A stretch of DNA of 64,000 nt. Source: Candidatus Hadarchaeota archaeon (GTDB lineage Archaea; CAYQAE01; CAYVLA01). The notes below the pieces were generated by a model. That model searched no databases and was not told the DNA's origin. It saw nothing but the letters and a program-made list of their open reading frames with translations. The position numbers and the translations under genes are program-made. The stretch is taken from the NCBI GenBank assembly GCA_964452145.1, contig CAYVLA010000003.1:45020-109019 (forward strand), written 5' to 3'. Positions 48,675 through 59,090 of the stretch are shown here, one piece after another (within the stretch, counting starts at the first letter, position 1; each line of letters begins with the position of its first letter).

Positions 48675-50045
48675 TCATCCCCGGCCATGGCCCCGGCTGA
48701 AGATCCTGACCGCATCTCTCTCGAGAAGGACCAGCTGTCTCTCATCGAAACACTCCGAGGGGACCACCAGGAGGAGCAGCGATCCGCTGGAGGAAATCCT
48801 GTCGTTCACATCATAGATGCATTTCAAAATCCTGTCGAAGTCATTGCTGGCGACCAGGTACTCGATCCCGTCACAGTACACGACGCCACCCGGCGCCTTG
48901 TCCAGAAATGACATCAGGACACCTGCGACGAAACTGATGTTGGAGGAACCCAGAGCGTCGGGGTGCGATTTCTCCCTTGTCAACCAGATGATCGGAGTAC
49001 GGTGGAAACCGAGCCTCCTCCGCATCCTCTCTGGATACGTTCTCGTTAGGCAGAGCCCCGGACTGCCTGCTGCCACAAGTTCCGAGAACGCTCGCTGCGC
49101 AAGATCATCGTCGTCGAACAAGTACGTCGAACCTTTGTTGAGTCTCAGCCGCGGACTTCCCCGGGCCGCCGAGGTTTCTCTGATCGGGATCATGTCTAGG
49201 AGCCTGTACCTGGTTGTTGTGACATGAAACATGCTGACCAGGGCGAGCATCGCGAAGCCTGGGAGAACATCCATTGCGGTAATCGGGGGTGCCCACAGTC
49301 TGAAGCCCGATGAAGCGCTTCTCAGGCCAATCGAGATACACAATACCACCGAACAGCTTCCCAAGACGAGAACTTGGGCCCGCCTGAACCCCCTTGCCCG
49401 TTTGGCCTGCACCAAGGAAAAACACACGATGGCAACGGAGTATAGCAGTATCCCGATTGAGTAAATGACACTGGCGTCTCCCAAGATGGGCAGGCGTTCC
49501 GACCCCTCGGGAGGGTCAAGCGGAGCCAAAGCGCTCCCCAAGACAATCAGAGCGAGGGGACCGATGAGAAGATGCCCCCGCGACCCGGACACCAACCGCC
49601 TGGGGTATCTTCCCACGACCAGCGCCGCCGCACACAGCGAGGACCCCAGCAACAGGTCTTTGATGCGTTCGGCCATGAGGATTGTGATGTGCCCGCTTTG
49701 CAGAGGTATTGAGAGTTGGGCGACTGAACAAAGGACGACCAAGATCGCAATTGCAGACATGTAGGCAGAGGGGCGCTCAAGGTAGGTGATGTGCGATATC
49801 AAGGGGGCGGCAGCCGAGCCGAATATCTCCTCAAGCTTGCCTGTGAAGACATTCTTGGATCCGAGGGCCCCGACGTCCTCAAGATGTTGGATGACGGTGG
49901 CTGCAGCGCGGTCTCCGAGTATGTCTGCGATGTCCCCTTTGGTTGCTTCGGAGACCGGACCCTCACGTCTTCGCATCAAGAGCACGAGGATGAGGGACAG
50001 AATCCCCGCAATGAGCCAAGCACCGTCGACAGCTCTCATCGCCAA
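48675..50045 (-). CDS. Membrane protein with C-terminal DUF835 (inactivated KaiC-like) domain
   Basis: Multiple TMs followed by GLCLTRTYPE, IIWLT, DGIEYL...NDF, L..LER. Confidence 0.82.
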   Translation of the reverse strand: MAMRAVDGAWLIAGILSLILVLLMRRREGPVSEATKGDIADILGDRAAATVIQHLEDVGALGSKNVFTGKLEEIFGSAAAPLISHITYLERPSAYMSAIAILVVLCSVAQLSIPLQSGHITILMAERIKDLLLGSSLCAAALVVGRYPRRLVSGSRGHLLIGPLALIVLGSALAPLDPPEGSERLPILGDASVIYSIGILLYSVAIVCFSLVQAKRARGFRRAQVLVLGSCSVVLCISIGLRSASSGFRLWAPPITAMDVLPGFAMLALVSMFHVTTTRYRLLDMIPIRETSAARGSPRLRLNKGSTYLFDDDDLAQRAFSELVAAGSPGLCLTRTYPERMRRRLGFHRTPIIWLTREKSHPDALGSSNISFVAGVLMSFLDKAPGGVVYCDGIEYLVASNDFDRILKCIYDVNDRISSSGSLLLLVVPSECFDERQLVLLERDAVRIFSRGHGRG

Positions 50046-50060
50046 CCAAAGTACGAGCGC

Positions 50061-50759
50061 CTACTCATAAAGGAGACCCTTGACCTCCAGGCCCTCGCCG
50101 GTTATCTCGAGGACGTACTTCCGGAGGTCATGCCCCGATCCCCGTAGCTTCCTTATCTGTAGGTATCGGTATACATCCCTCCGATCGTCCACCAACCCAA
50201 GCTCGACTATCCCATCGACCATGTAGTCCAGCGGTTTCTGGTCGGGTGTCTCGGTCACAAGGAGAATCCGCGATCCTGTCTCTGAAGCGAACTCGATCAT
50301 CATTCCGTTCAGATCCATCGACGCTGATTCCCTGGCAGTCTGGACCACGGCATCCCAGCTGTCAATGGCCACTACCGGATCCTTCAGCTGGGAGACCTTG
50401 GAGTAGAGAGCTCCGAGAAACTCGGGCATCGTTCGGTAGATGATGTGATCGGCGAGGTTGGGCTTCTCCATTCGGGGCGAGTTGGCCGCATCTATCACCC
50501 CGCCCGGCGGGATCGCCTCCCTGACCCACGGGAACATGCTGTAGAGCTTCTCTGCCTCCAGCCGAGTGGAAACGTAGACGCCGTTTCCTTCTTTGCAGAG
50601 CTCTCGCAGGATTGTTAGCACGAAGGCCGTCTTGCCCGTTCCTGGGGCACCCTTGATACACAGGGCATAGCCTTGGAACTTCCTCAAGACGTCGAGTATC
50701 TCGCTGGGAATCGCCAATCGGAGCCCGACCTTACCAGATGTGTCTGTGCCAGCTTCCAT
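50061..50759 (-). CDS. Single-domain KaiC/GvpD-like RecA-superfamily ATPase
   Basis: Walker A KGAPGTGKT, YVSTR, Walker B VAIDSWD, DYMVDGIVEL, R.LQIRKLRG. Confidence 0.85.
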   Translation of the reverse strand: MEAGTDTSGKVGLRLAIPSEILDVLRKFQGYALCIKGAPGTGKTAFVLTILRELCKEGNGVYVSTRLEAEKLYSMFPWVREAIPPGGVIDAANSPRMEKPNLADHIIYRTMPEFLGALYSKVSQLKDPVVAIDSWDAVVQTARESASMDLNGMMIEFASETGSRILLVTETPDQKPLDYMVDGIVELGLVDDRRDVYRYLQIRKLRGSGHDLRKYVLEITGEGLEVKGLLYE

Positions 50760-50944
50760 ATTAAAGTATTCGGCATTTTCCCCAAGCTTTTGCGATCCTC
50801 CCTCTCAAGAAGTGTCGGATTACCGATCAATCTGTGACAAGTAACGGGGGCTATGGAGAGAATGCAGGATCTCCTTCGAGCCATCTGCCCGCTGCCCGGA
50901 GAGAGTTATTAGCCCACAAGTATCGCGTTTGCCAAGGGCTACCC

Positions 50945-51397
50945 ATGACCGAGAAGGGGGTAAGCTACATCGTCTCCGAGCCCCAACAGGCCTACCAAGT
51001 CCTCAAAGATCTCTCACTGGCTGGCTTTCCGGGCATGTGCGTCACCAGGATTCACCCGGAGAAGTTGGACAAGGATCTCTCATCGCGGAGCATTGGCCTC
51101 GTTTGGCTTTCGACAAGCAAGGATGACCCAAGGTCCACGCGATCATCGAACATAGGCGTTGTTGGCCAGGTTGTCGATTCCTTTCTCAGGAAGCAAGATA
51201 CGCCGAAGGTCGTACTGATCGATGGCCTGGAGTACCTCGTCACAAACAACGGCTTTGGACCAGTTATTCGATGGCTCTCCGACGCTGTCGATGCCGCGGC
51301 CTCGACGAACTCCATTCTCCTGGTGGTGGTCTCCCCAAAGGCCTTCACTTCGGTCGAGTTCGCCTTGCTGAAGCGCAACCTCCGCGATCTTCCCTGA
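50945..51397 (+). CDS. Stand-alone DUF835 (iKaiC) protein
   Basis: GMCVTRIHPE, VWLS, VLIDGLEYL..NNGF, LLKR. Confidence 0.82.
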   Translation: MTEKGVSYIVSEPQQAYQVLKDLSLAGFPGMCVTRIHPEKLDKDLSSRSIGLVWLSTSKDDPRSTRSSNIGVVGQVVDSFLRKQDTPKVVLIDGLEYLVTNNGFGPVIRWLSDAVDAAASTNSILLVVVSPKAFTSVEFALLKRNLRDLP

Positions 51398-51856
51398 CTC
51401 TCCAGAAGGCACGCTCGAGATGTAACTTCCCTCCGCAGCGGCACACCCAGCACGGCCATCCTCAGAGGCTCCTCCGTTGAACCCGGGCAAGTGTTCATCA
51501 GGTTTCGTGAAACGGATGAGTGCTTCCTCGACGCTCTGCAGGAGCTTCTTCCCAGGGCAAGCTTAGAGAGTGACGGGGACGGCCCTGGGTGGATGGGTGG
51601 CAGGACTCTCGGCCGAGGGGAGAATCTTCGCCAGATGTCACAACATTATCTACACAGGACGCCGGCATTTCTGCCATCCGGCACACAAAATGAGGGGTTG
51701 GTGCCCCATTGTTGTGAGTCTCGCAGGGTCGCTGATTCGGCGCATACGTACGACTTTTCAACCTCGGCCATCTACGTTTACCATAGCACTGGTGCCACGG
51801 AACCACTGCTAGTAACATTGACAACGCCGGTCCCCAGATCGGCGGCGGAGTAGTCG

Positions 51857-52303
51857 ATGAGGATGAGTGCAAATATCCTGATCGTGGACGATGACAGGGC
51901 CATCCTCGAAAGCTTCGAGGAGATCCTCAAATCCGAAGGGTATGATGTGGATACGGCTCAGACTGGCCTGGAAGCGATCCAGAAGAGCGGGAAGAAGTAC
52001 TACAATCTGGCCCTGTTGGACATCAAGCTCCCCGATATGGAGGGGACCGAGCTTCTGACCAAGTTGCACGGCGATATCCCGAGGATGATCAAAGTCATGG
52101 TTACGGGACACGCGAGTCTTGAGAACGCGGTCAGGGCCCTAAACCTGGGCGCTGATGCCTACGTGATGAAGCCCGTGAACCCGGAAGACCTGCTCAGGGT
52201 GGTGGCGGACAAGCTCCGCGAGCAGACGGAGGCAGAGGAAATGGGTCAGGAACAGGTCCAGAGATGGATCCAGACCCGCATACGCAGATTGGAGAGCAAG
52301 TGA
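51857..52303 (+). CDS. Response regulator: receiver domain with short helical tail, no DNA-binding domain
   Basis: ILIVDDD, LLDIKLPD (phospho-Asp), VTG, GADAYVMKP. Confidence 0.95.
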   Translation: MRMSANILIVDDDRAILESFEEILKSEGYDVDTAQTGLEAIQKSGKKYYNLALLDIKLPDMEGTELLTKLHGDIPRMIKVMVTGHASLENAVRALNLGADAYVMKPVNPEDLLRVVADKLREQTEAEEMGQEQVQRWIQTRIRRLESK

Positions 52304-52423
52304 TGCCATAGGGGGTTTTCGGCAGCCTTGTGTGCAATCAGGGCCCCACCGCATGCGATCTCTGTGGATCTGTGTAGGATTTCCACGGAATAGTTTAGAG
52401 TCGGGGCGTCAAACATTCATCCG

Positions 52424-52888
52424 GTGTCACAAATGCCCGCCCTCACCAAGCTGGATGACCAACTCGTCCAGTTCATATCACGAGGCGTATCGGCCAAGGA
52501 GATATCCCAGACGCTGAAGCGGCCCCTCAGCTTCGTCTACTACCGTATCGACCGCCTGAAACAGATGGGAATCGTGGAAACCAGGGGATACACAATCAAC
52601 TACAGGAATCTGGGGTACAACATAAACGCAGTCATAGTCGCGAAGATCGGAGGCCCCCTCTATTCAAGGGTGCTGAAGTACGGTTCCCCGGCAGACGCCA
52701 TCCTGGCAGAGCAGATCCCGGGCATGGTCATCGAGTATGCGGGTTCGGCCGAGAACGGGACTATCATCGTCATAAAGGCGATGTTCAAGGGCATCAAGGA
52801 GATCGACGACTTCGTCAAGATGCTCCAAGGCTTGTACCAGATCCAGTCCTTGACGAAGTACCTGATGGCCGAGGAACACACCGGTTGA
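52424..52888 (+). CDS. Lrp/AsnC-family transcriptional regulator
   Basis: HTH SAKEIS..L..P...VYYRIDRLKQMGIV, INY.NLGY, RAM-like C-terminus. Confidence 0.85.
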   Translation: MSQMPALTKLDDQLVQFISRGVSAKEISQTLKRPLSFVYYRIDRLKQMGIVETRGYTINYRNLGYNINAVIVAKIGGPLYSRVLKYGSPADAILAEQIPGMVIEYAGSAENGTIIVIKAMFKGIKEIDDFVKMLQGLYQIQSLTKYLMAEEHTG

Positions 52889-53062
52889 TCAAGGGTCGGC
52901 CGTCGCGAGGGAGGACTAGGTCTTCAGGTCAGAGAGTGCATTCCACCCAGCTGTGATGAGTCCGCCAAACGCAATTAGGGGCATCAACGAGATGCCTGAG
53001 AACAGGCAAACCTGCCGAGCCTTCCTCTGCCTATGCGCGGAATCCCTTTGCATGTCGCTTTG

Positions 53063-55927
53063 TCAAGCGACACCTGTAGCCGATCTCCGTGCACTTTCCG
53101 TTCCCGTGCCCTGATGAGGGTCCCACCCCAGCCCCTCGGGTCCCTCCTCGCGGGAGGCGGCGGGTATCTTCAGACTGAAGACCGACCCTTCTCCCACCTT
53201 GCTCGTCACCGTGATCGCCCCACCGTGGATGTCGACGAGTCGTCTGCACACGACCAAGCCGAGTCCCTGTCCTTGGGGTTTCGTGGTGAAGAGGGGGTCG
53301 AAGATTTTGTCCAGATTCTCTTCGGGAATGCCCATGCCCGTGTCCGCCACGCTGATCACCGTGCATCCGTCCTCCCTCCCGGACGATATGCTTAGCAGGC
53401 CCCCATCGGGCATGGCTTGGATCGCGTTCACAACCAGATTCATCACGACGCGCTTCATCATGGCTGGATCGGCTGACATCGTGATGCCTTCTTCAACGGC
53501 GAGCGAGAGCCTTACGTCCTTGGGAATGGCGATCTCCGACAGCACCTCGCCTAGCATCGTCCGCAGATCGACCGTGACTCGCTGCGGCTCGGCCATTCTG
53601 GCACAGTCTTGCAGGTCGGAGACGATCTTGTTCATGTACCTTACCTGCTCCCGCATGGTGTCGAGGAGGCGCCCGGCACGAACTCTCGCGGGTTCTTCAT
53701 GGTCGATCGAATCGACCGCCCTTCTGGCCAAGTACAGATTGTTCATCATGGCCTGGAGAGGGTTGCGCAGATCATGACCCACCATCGTCGCTGTTTCCCC
53801 GATCGCCGCCATGCGTTCCACCTCCCTCAATCGCCTTGACTTCTCTTCGACCATTTCCTCAAGATGTCCGGAGTAACGCCTCAACTCCTCCTCAGCCAGG
53901 TTGCGTTCCAGTGCGGTGCCAATGATTTCAGAAGTCGTTCGAAGGATCGCGACATCATGGTCGTCCCACTCCCCCAGCTCCTTCACATCATCGAAGCCCA
54001 AGAAGCCGGCCAGCGCGCCCTTGATCTGCACAGGCAACACCAGCAACGACTTGATGTTCTGGCTCTCGAGGACCTCTCTTTCCTTGCTCGCCTCGGGTGG
54101 GAGTTGCGTGATGTCTGGAATGCGTAACGGCTGTTCATCCTGCAGTCTGGCCATCCACCATGGGAAGGAATCGCTCGGCAGGTTCTGCAACATGTCCTTC
54201 TGGGGCTCAACGCCTTCTGCGCACCACTCATGCGTGTTGTCCATGTACCCTCCTGGCTTGAGAAGGAACAGGTAGCTCCTGCTGGCTCCGCTGAACAGGC
54301 CTATGTCCCTCAGAGATTCCAGAATCGCCTCGTCGAAGCCCGTCGGACGCACGAAGCGTGAGGACACCACCGTAACGACCTCCTGGAACCTCAACCTACG
54401 CCTGATGAGTTCCTCCGTCTTCTTTCTGTCGCTGATATCCTTCGAAATGACAACGAAGTACAGGGGTTCCCCGGACGCGTCCCGGACCACCTTGGCCGAG
54501 ATCTCCCCGGGGAACTCTCGCCCGTCCTTTGTCACGAGCATGAACTCCTGATTTCTCAAACACCCCGTGGCAAGCATCGATCTCAGGATCTTCATCGCGC
54601 GCGGCACCTCCCTCTGGGAGACAAGTACCAATGCGCTCTTGCCGATGATCTCATCCTTTGACGAGAATCGGTGCATGTCGATCGTTGCCTGGTTGCACTG
54701 TACCACGGACAGCGACGGGTCGACAACCGTGATGCAGTCCGGTGATGCCTCGAGTATGGCACTGATCTTCTCCTCCGAAGCCCGCAGTTCCCGCTCCGAC
54801 TCCGCCCTTCTAGCCACCTCTTCTCTAAGGGCTTGGTTGGCTTCCGCCAGATCTTGAGTCCTCTCCTCCACCTTGGCTTCGAGCTGTTCGTTGATCTCGG
54901 CGAGTGCGTCTTGCATGTTGACCAGATCGGTGATGTCCCTGAGCACAAGCAGTCTCCCGGTCTGCTCGCCTCGACGATCATGTAGGGGCGAGATCCGAAG
55001 GTCGTACTCCCGACCCTTGACGCAATGACGCAAGGCGCTCGACGGATGGCTCGAGTCGGGGCTGAGAGAACCGAACACCTCGCTCAGGGATCGTCCGACA
55101 AGGCCGAGGTTGCCCGGTGTGGGAACGGTCCGGGCAGCGGGATTGGCATCCACGATCCGATCCTGAGAGTCCAAGACCAGCACTATGTCATCCATGTTTT
55201 CGAAGATCGCGTCCCTGGCTACCGGGGCTATGTCGAAGAGTCTGTACCGGAACAGACTCCACCCAACCGCCAATCCAGCCATCGCGAAGCCAGGGGGAGT
55301 CAGGTCAAGGTGGGGAAACGGACTGATGCCGGTGATCGTGACGGCATTCGCAAGCAGTGGAGCGAATGCACCCATAACGAGAAGCCCAAGTTGGCCGCGG
55401 TACATTCTGGGCAGATGAACAATGGAGTGCAGGAGAACCAGGGACCCCGCGACCATGAGCACGTACGAGTAGCTCGCGTGTACTAGGAAACCTGGCCCAT
55501 AGGATTTCGCGAAGATTCCGAGTGAACCGTATACCTCAAGCCTCATATTGCGCCAGACCAGTCCGTGGGAACCGTTGGTCCATACCAGCAGAAGTATCAT
55601 GATAGGCTCCGCACACATTAGGGCTAGGTTGGTCCGCGTGAGCCAGCTGACAAGCCCACAGTAACTCAGAACGAAGACCACCCATAGCACCGGCACGATC
55701 GCGATCGCCACGTACTGCATCTTGGCAAGCATGATCATGGCATCGAGACTATCGCTAGCCAGCTCCAGTGCATACAAGAATGACCATTCTGCGATGCCTG
55801 CCATGAGAAGAGCAAGCGCGACCGTGCCAGTGGCGGGGCGGCGCCGCCAGGCAACGTACCCAAGAACGGCCGAGACGGTGGAGCCGACCACGAGGACGAA
55901 TATGAAAGAGCTTCCGGTAACCAGCAT
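53063..55927 (-). CDS. Sensor histidine kinase (7TM region, 2 PAS, GAF, HisKA, HATPase)
   Basis: WTNGSHGLVW, DLTP, NTHEWCAEG..FPWW GAF, GHDLRNPLQ, DTGMGIP, GLGL. Confidence 0.94.
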   Translation of the reverse strand: MLVTGSSFIFVLVVGSTVSAVLGYVAWRRRPATGTVALALLMAGIAEWSFLYALELASDSLDAMIMLAKMQYVAIAIVPVLWVVFVLSYCGLVSWLTRTNLALMCAEPIMILLLVWTNGSHGLVWRNMRLEVYGSLGIFAKSYGPGFLVHASYSYVLMVAGSLVLLHSIVHLPRMYRGQLGLLVMGAFAPLLANAVTITGISPFPHLDLTPPGFAMAGLAVGWSLFRYRLFDIAPVARDAIFENMDDIVLVLDSQDRIVDANPAARTVPTPGNLGLVGRSLSEVFGSLSPDSSHPSSALRHCVKGREYDLRISPLHDRRGEQTGRLLVLRDITDLVNMQDALAEINEQLEAKVEERTQDLAEANQALREEVARRAESERELRASEEKISAILEASPDCITVVDPSLSVVQCNQATIDMHRFSSKDEIIGKSALVLVSQREVPRAMKILRSMLATGCLRNQEFMLVTKDGREFPGEISAKVVRDASGEPLYFVVISKDISDRKKTEELIRRRLRFQEVVTVVSSRFVRPTGFDEAILESLRDIGLFSGASRSYLFLLKPGGYMDNTHEWCAEGVEPQKDMLQNLPSDSFPWWMARLQDEQPLRIPDITQLPPEASKEREVLESQNIKSLLVLPVQIKGALAGFLGFDDVKELGEWDDHDVAILRTTSEIIGTALERNLAEEELRRYSGHLEEMVEEKSRRLREVERMAAIGETATMVGHDLRNPLQAMMNNLYLARRAVDSIDHEEPARVRAGRLLDTMREQVRYMNKIVSDLQDCARMAEPQRVTVDLRTMLGEVLSEIAIPKDVRLSLAVEEGITMSADPAMMKRVVMNLVVNAIQAMPDGGLLSISSGREDGCTVISVADTGMGIPEENLDKIFDPLFTTKPQGQGLGLVVCRRLVDIHGGAITVTSKVGEGSVFSLKIPAASREEGPEGLGWDPHQGTGTESARRSATGVA

Positions 55928-56202
55928 CGCTAATCCCCTCGCATGGCCAGCGCCTTCCTGCTTGCGAGGGAACGGAGCGGGCTATAATGTGGGCTCGGGG
56001 AAGGGAAGCGGTGCACCGCGAAGGTCGCAATCTCTGGGATTTACTGCCATTATTCAGTCCGGAAATGCGATTTCTTTGTGTAAATGCAGACATATAATAC
56101 CACTATTATTAAGTAATCTGGCCAAATCCTAGTCTAGCCCCAGACCGACAGATGACTCTCCGTCAGCAGACACATCGCTGGTCTCAAGAGAGCGACCCAC
56201 AC

Positions 56203-58182
56203 ATGACCACGTCCAAGAATGCTTATGCAGATCTTCGGGAAGCCGAGGAGAGATGCCGCAAGATCTTCGAAAGCCTCAACCTAGGCATCTGGATCCTAGA
56301 CAAAGACTCACTTACCACCTTCGTCAACCCCCCGATGGCCACGATGCTCGGATACACAGAGGAGGAGATGCTCGGAAGACATCTTCTCTCCTTCATGGAT
56401 GAGCGCGGAGTCGAAATCTGCAAGGGTCATCAGCGTCCTGGCCAGGAAGGTGTGAAGAAGCATGAGTTCGAGCTCCTGCGAAAGGACGGAGGCCGCATCC
56501 ATGCCCTCGTTGGAACATCGCCGGTTCTCGATGAGGCTGATAACTATGTGGGGACCATTGCGGGCGTCCTCGATATCTCCGAACACAGGATGCGTGAGGA
56601 GCAGCTGAGAGACTCGGAGGAGAGGCTGAGGATCATCTTCGAGTACGCCCCGGATGGCTACTACCTGAGCGACATGAAGGGCAACTTCCTTTACGGCAAC
56701 AAGGCGGCTGAGCGGATCACGGGTTACAGCAGGGACGAACTGATTGGCAGGAACTTCCTCAAGCTCGGGCTACTCGAAGCAAGTCAGATCCCCAAGGCAG
56801 CGGCGCTTCTCGCGATGAACCGTTTCCACAGGCCAACGGGTCCTGACGAGTTCACACTCAACAGGAAGGACAGGACCCGCGTCAGGGTCGAGATCAGAAC
56901 CTTCCCAGCCAAGATCAAGGGTAGATCGGTGGTGCTCGGCATAGCCCGGGACATGGCAAAGCGAAACGAGGCGTTGGAGGCACTGCGTGCAAGCGAACAG
57001 CGATTCCGCAGCCTCGTCGAGGCATCGAGCGACATGATCTGGGAGGTCAATGCCAGTGGTACGTACACGTACGTCAGCCCCAAGATCAAGGATCTCCTCG
57101 GTTACCTTCCTTCCGAGGTCGTGGGCAAGACGCCTTTTGATCTGATGCCGGCCGATGAAGCCATGCGTGTCAGGGCGATCTTCCAGAAGATCGTCGCCGA
57201 GAAACGGCCCTTCACCGCGCTGGAAAACGTGAACCTGTCCAAGGATGGCCGATTACGCGTGCTGGAGACCAGCGGGGTTCCGGCCTTCGACGTTTACGGC
57301 GAGTTCCTGGGCTACCGTGGAATCGACAGGGACATCACCGAGCGTAAGCGCATGGAGGAGGAGGTGGCACGTTACTCTCAGCATCTGGAAGAGATGGTGA
57401 AAGAGAAGACCGCCGCTCTCATGGAGGCGGAACAGATGGCAGCCATTGGCAAGACGGCTGCAATGGTCGGGCACGATCTGAGGAATCCGCTCCAGATGAT
57501 GGTCAACGCGGTATACCTTGCAGAAAGGAGGCTCAAGCAGATCAAGGTCGGGGATGAAGCTGCTGACAACGAGATTCGACGAGTCTTCGAGACGGTCCGG
57601 ACCCAGGCAGACTACATGAACAGGATCATGGCCGACCTTCGGGACTTCAGCCGATCTCCCAAGCCCGATGCCGTCGAAGTGGATATTGATGCGGTGGTGA
57701 GAGAGGTCCTCGCCACGCTCAGGATTCCGGCAGACGTCACAGTGATGGTGTCCACTCAAGAGGGATTTCCACACATAAGAGCCGACCCGGCGATGATGCG
57801 GCGGGTTTTGACGAATCTGGCCACCAATGCTCTGCAGGCCATGCCCCAAGGCGGCCAGCTGGAGATAGACCTCAAGGTCGAAGACGGTCTCGCCTTGATC
57901 AGCGTTAAGGATACAGGAGTGGGCATACCCGAGGACCAACTTGGCTTGCTCTTCAAGCCCCTCTTTACCACCAAGCCCGATGGCCAAGGGCTGGGGTTGG
58001 TCGTGTGCAAACGGTTGGTCACCGCGCATGGTGGAACCATCGTCGCCAAGAGCAAGAAGGGAGAGGGCACGACCATGATCATCAGGCTGCCGATTCAGGG
58101 GCGGCCACTGCCAGATGCGGGCGTTTGGGGTAGCGATGCGGGTCGACGGAACGGAGAGGGGCACAGAGGTGACCCGGGATGA
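56203..58182 (+). CDS. Cytoplasmic histidine kinase (3 PAS, HisKA, HATPase)
   Basis: Three PAS/PAC repeats, GHDLRNPLQ, NLATNALQA, DTGVGIP, GLGL. Confidence 0.94.
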   Translation: MTTSKNAYADLREAEERCRKIFESLNLGIWILDKDSLTTFVNPPMATMLGYTEEEMLGRHLLSFMDERGVEICKGHQRPGQEGVKKHEFELLRKDGGRIHALVGTSPVLDEADNYVGTIAGVLDISEHRMREEQLRDSEERLRIIFEYAPDGYYLSDMKGNFLYGNKAAERITGYSRDELIGRNFLKLGLLEASQIPKAAALLAMNRFHRPTGPDEFTLNRKDRTRVRVEIRTFPAKIKGRSVVLGIARDMAKRNEALEALRASEQRFRSLVEASSDMIWEVNASGTYTYVSPKIKDLLGYLPSEVVGKTPFDLMPADEAMRVRAIFQKIVAEKRPFTALENVNLSKDGRLRVLETSGVPAFDVYGEFLGYRGIDRDITERKRMEEEVARYSQHLEEMVKEKTAALMEAEQMAAIGKTAAMVGHDLRNPLQMMVNAVYLAERRLKQIKVGDEAADNEIRRVFETVRTQADYMNRIMADLRDFSRSPKPDAVEVDIDAVVREVLATLRIPADVTVMVSTQEGFPHIRADPAMMRRVLTNLATNALQAMPQGGQLEIDLKVEDGLALISVKDTGVGIPEDQLGLLFKPLFTTKPDGQGLGLVVCKRLVTAHGGTIVAKSKKGEGTTMIIRLPIQGRPLPDAGVWGSDAGRRNGEGHRGDPG

Positions 58183-58520
58183 AACCTAGACAGGCTTCTC
58201 GGGACCAGCCTGCCATGCCCATCCGGGGGAGGCAGACTTCGTTTGTAGCGCAGGTGAAGGAGTGGGCAACGGAGGGTGAATTCTCGCGCGTGGCTGATGA
58301 GACCCTGGACGAGATCCTAGGGGGCTCCATCAAATCGATTCTGATGAAATCGGCGGGATGTGATCTTATGGGAGACCCAGCGGTCTTGGAGACGCAACTC
58401 AGGTCACTGCTTGGGAAGGCTGCCGAGGATGTCCTTGATTGCATCATACGACAGCTGAGATCAAGATCCCTGGAGAGGCTTGCCAGGACTGGCTTCGACG
58501 GGATCTCCTCACCTGTCTGA
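58179..58520 (+). CDS. Small helical protein (DUF3227/NitrOD5-like pattern), coupled to the kinase
   Basis: ATGA overlap with the kinase stop; L.EILG...P..L...L..LLG.AA..V...I pattern. Confidence 0.5.
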   Translation: MKPRQASRDQPAMPIRGRQTSFVAQVKEWATEGEFSRVADETLDEILGGSIKSILMKSAGCDLMGDPAVLETQLRSLLGKAAEDVLDCIIRQLRSRSLERLARTGFDGISSPV

Positions 58521-58721
58521 TTCTCGCAATGAGGTGGTAGCGTCCCGTACCATCCCAGGCGTCCAGAAGTGTGTGTTACGCCGGGTCGGAGGGGACGGGT
58601 AGGATCTCAACCAGAGTGTGTCGCACTGACTGCGGGCTGGAGACATGATGGCATTGGGACAGACCTTCTAGGCAGGGTACAACTAGGGGAGGCCATGCTT
58701 CCATGCCGTGGGTAGGGGTTC

Positions 58722-59090
58722 TCACCCCTGCTCCGGTTCCCGGGTGTCCCGCTCCTCCGGGCCCGCAGAGCGTCCTTCCCCGCCTTCGTTCGCGGATTCC
58801 TCTGACGCCGGGAACGCCTCCTGCACGCGGGTCTCGCCATTCACTGGGAGGCTACGATCCAGCTCAGCACGTACCACCAGTATCCCCGACTCAACAAGAT
58901 GGTTCAGCGTCACGACCTGGGACTTCCTCTCGGCTAACTGAACCACGAACATCACGACGAGGATGAGGCAAGCACCCGCCATGAAAGCGGTGGACGCGTC
59001 GCTCTGCCAGAAGATGGTCCACGCCCTCAACATGCCTTCCAGGACGCGCTCCGCCCATCCCGCGGCCGTCCCCACCAACGAGAAGAACAC
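58722..59090 (-). CDS. Hypothetical membrane protein
   Basis: One TM followed by an acidic tail; weak support. Confidence 0.4.
   Translation of the reverse strand: MFFSLVGTAAGWAERVLEGMLRAWTIFWQSDASTAFMAGACLILVVMFVVQLAERKSQVVTLNHLVESGILVVRAELDRSLPVNGETRVQEAFPASEESANEGGEGRSAGPEERDTREPEQG

Noticed and set aside
50061..50759. Gas vesicle or circadian clock locus
   Set aside because: No gvpA/other gvp, kaiA or kaiB genes; single domain without the phospho-sites
52953..52999. C/D box sRNA (GTGATGA...CTGA)
   Set aside because: No convincing D'/C' boxes and no recognisable rRNA-complementary guide; could be re-tested with snoscan
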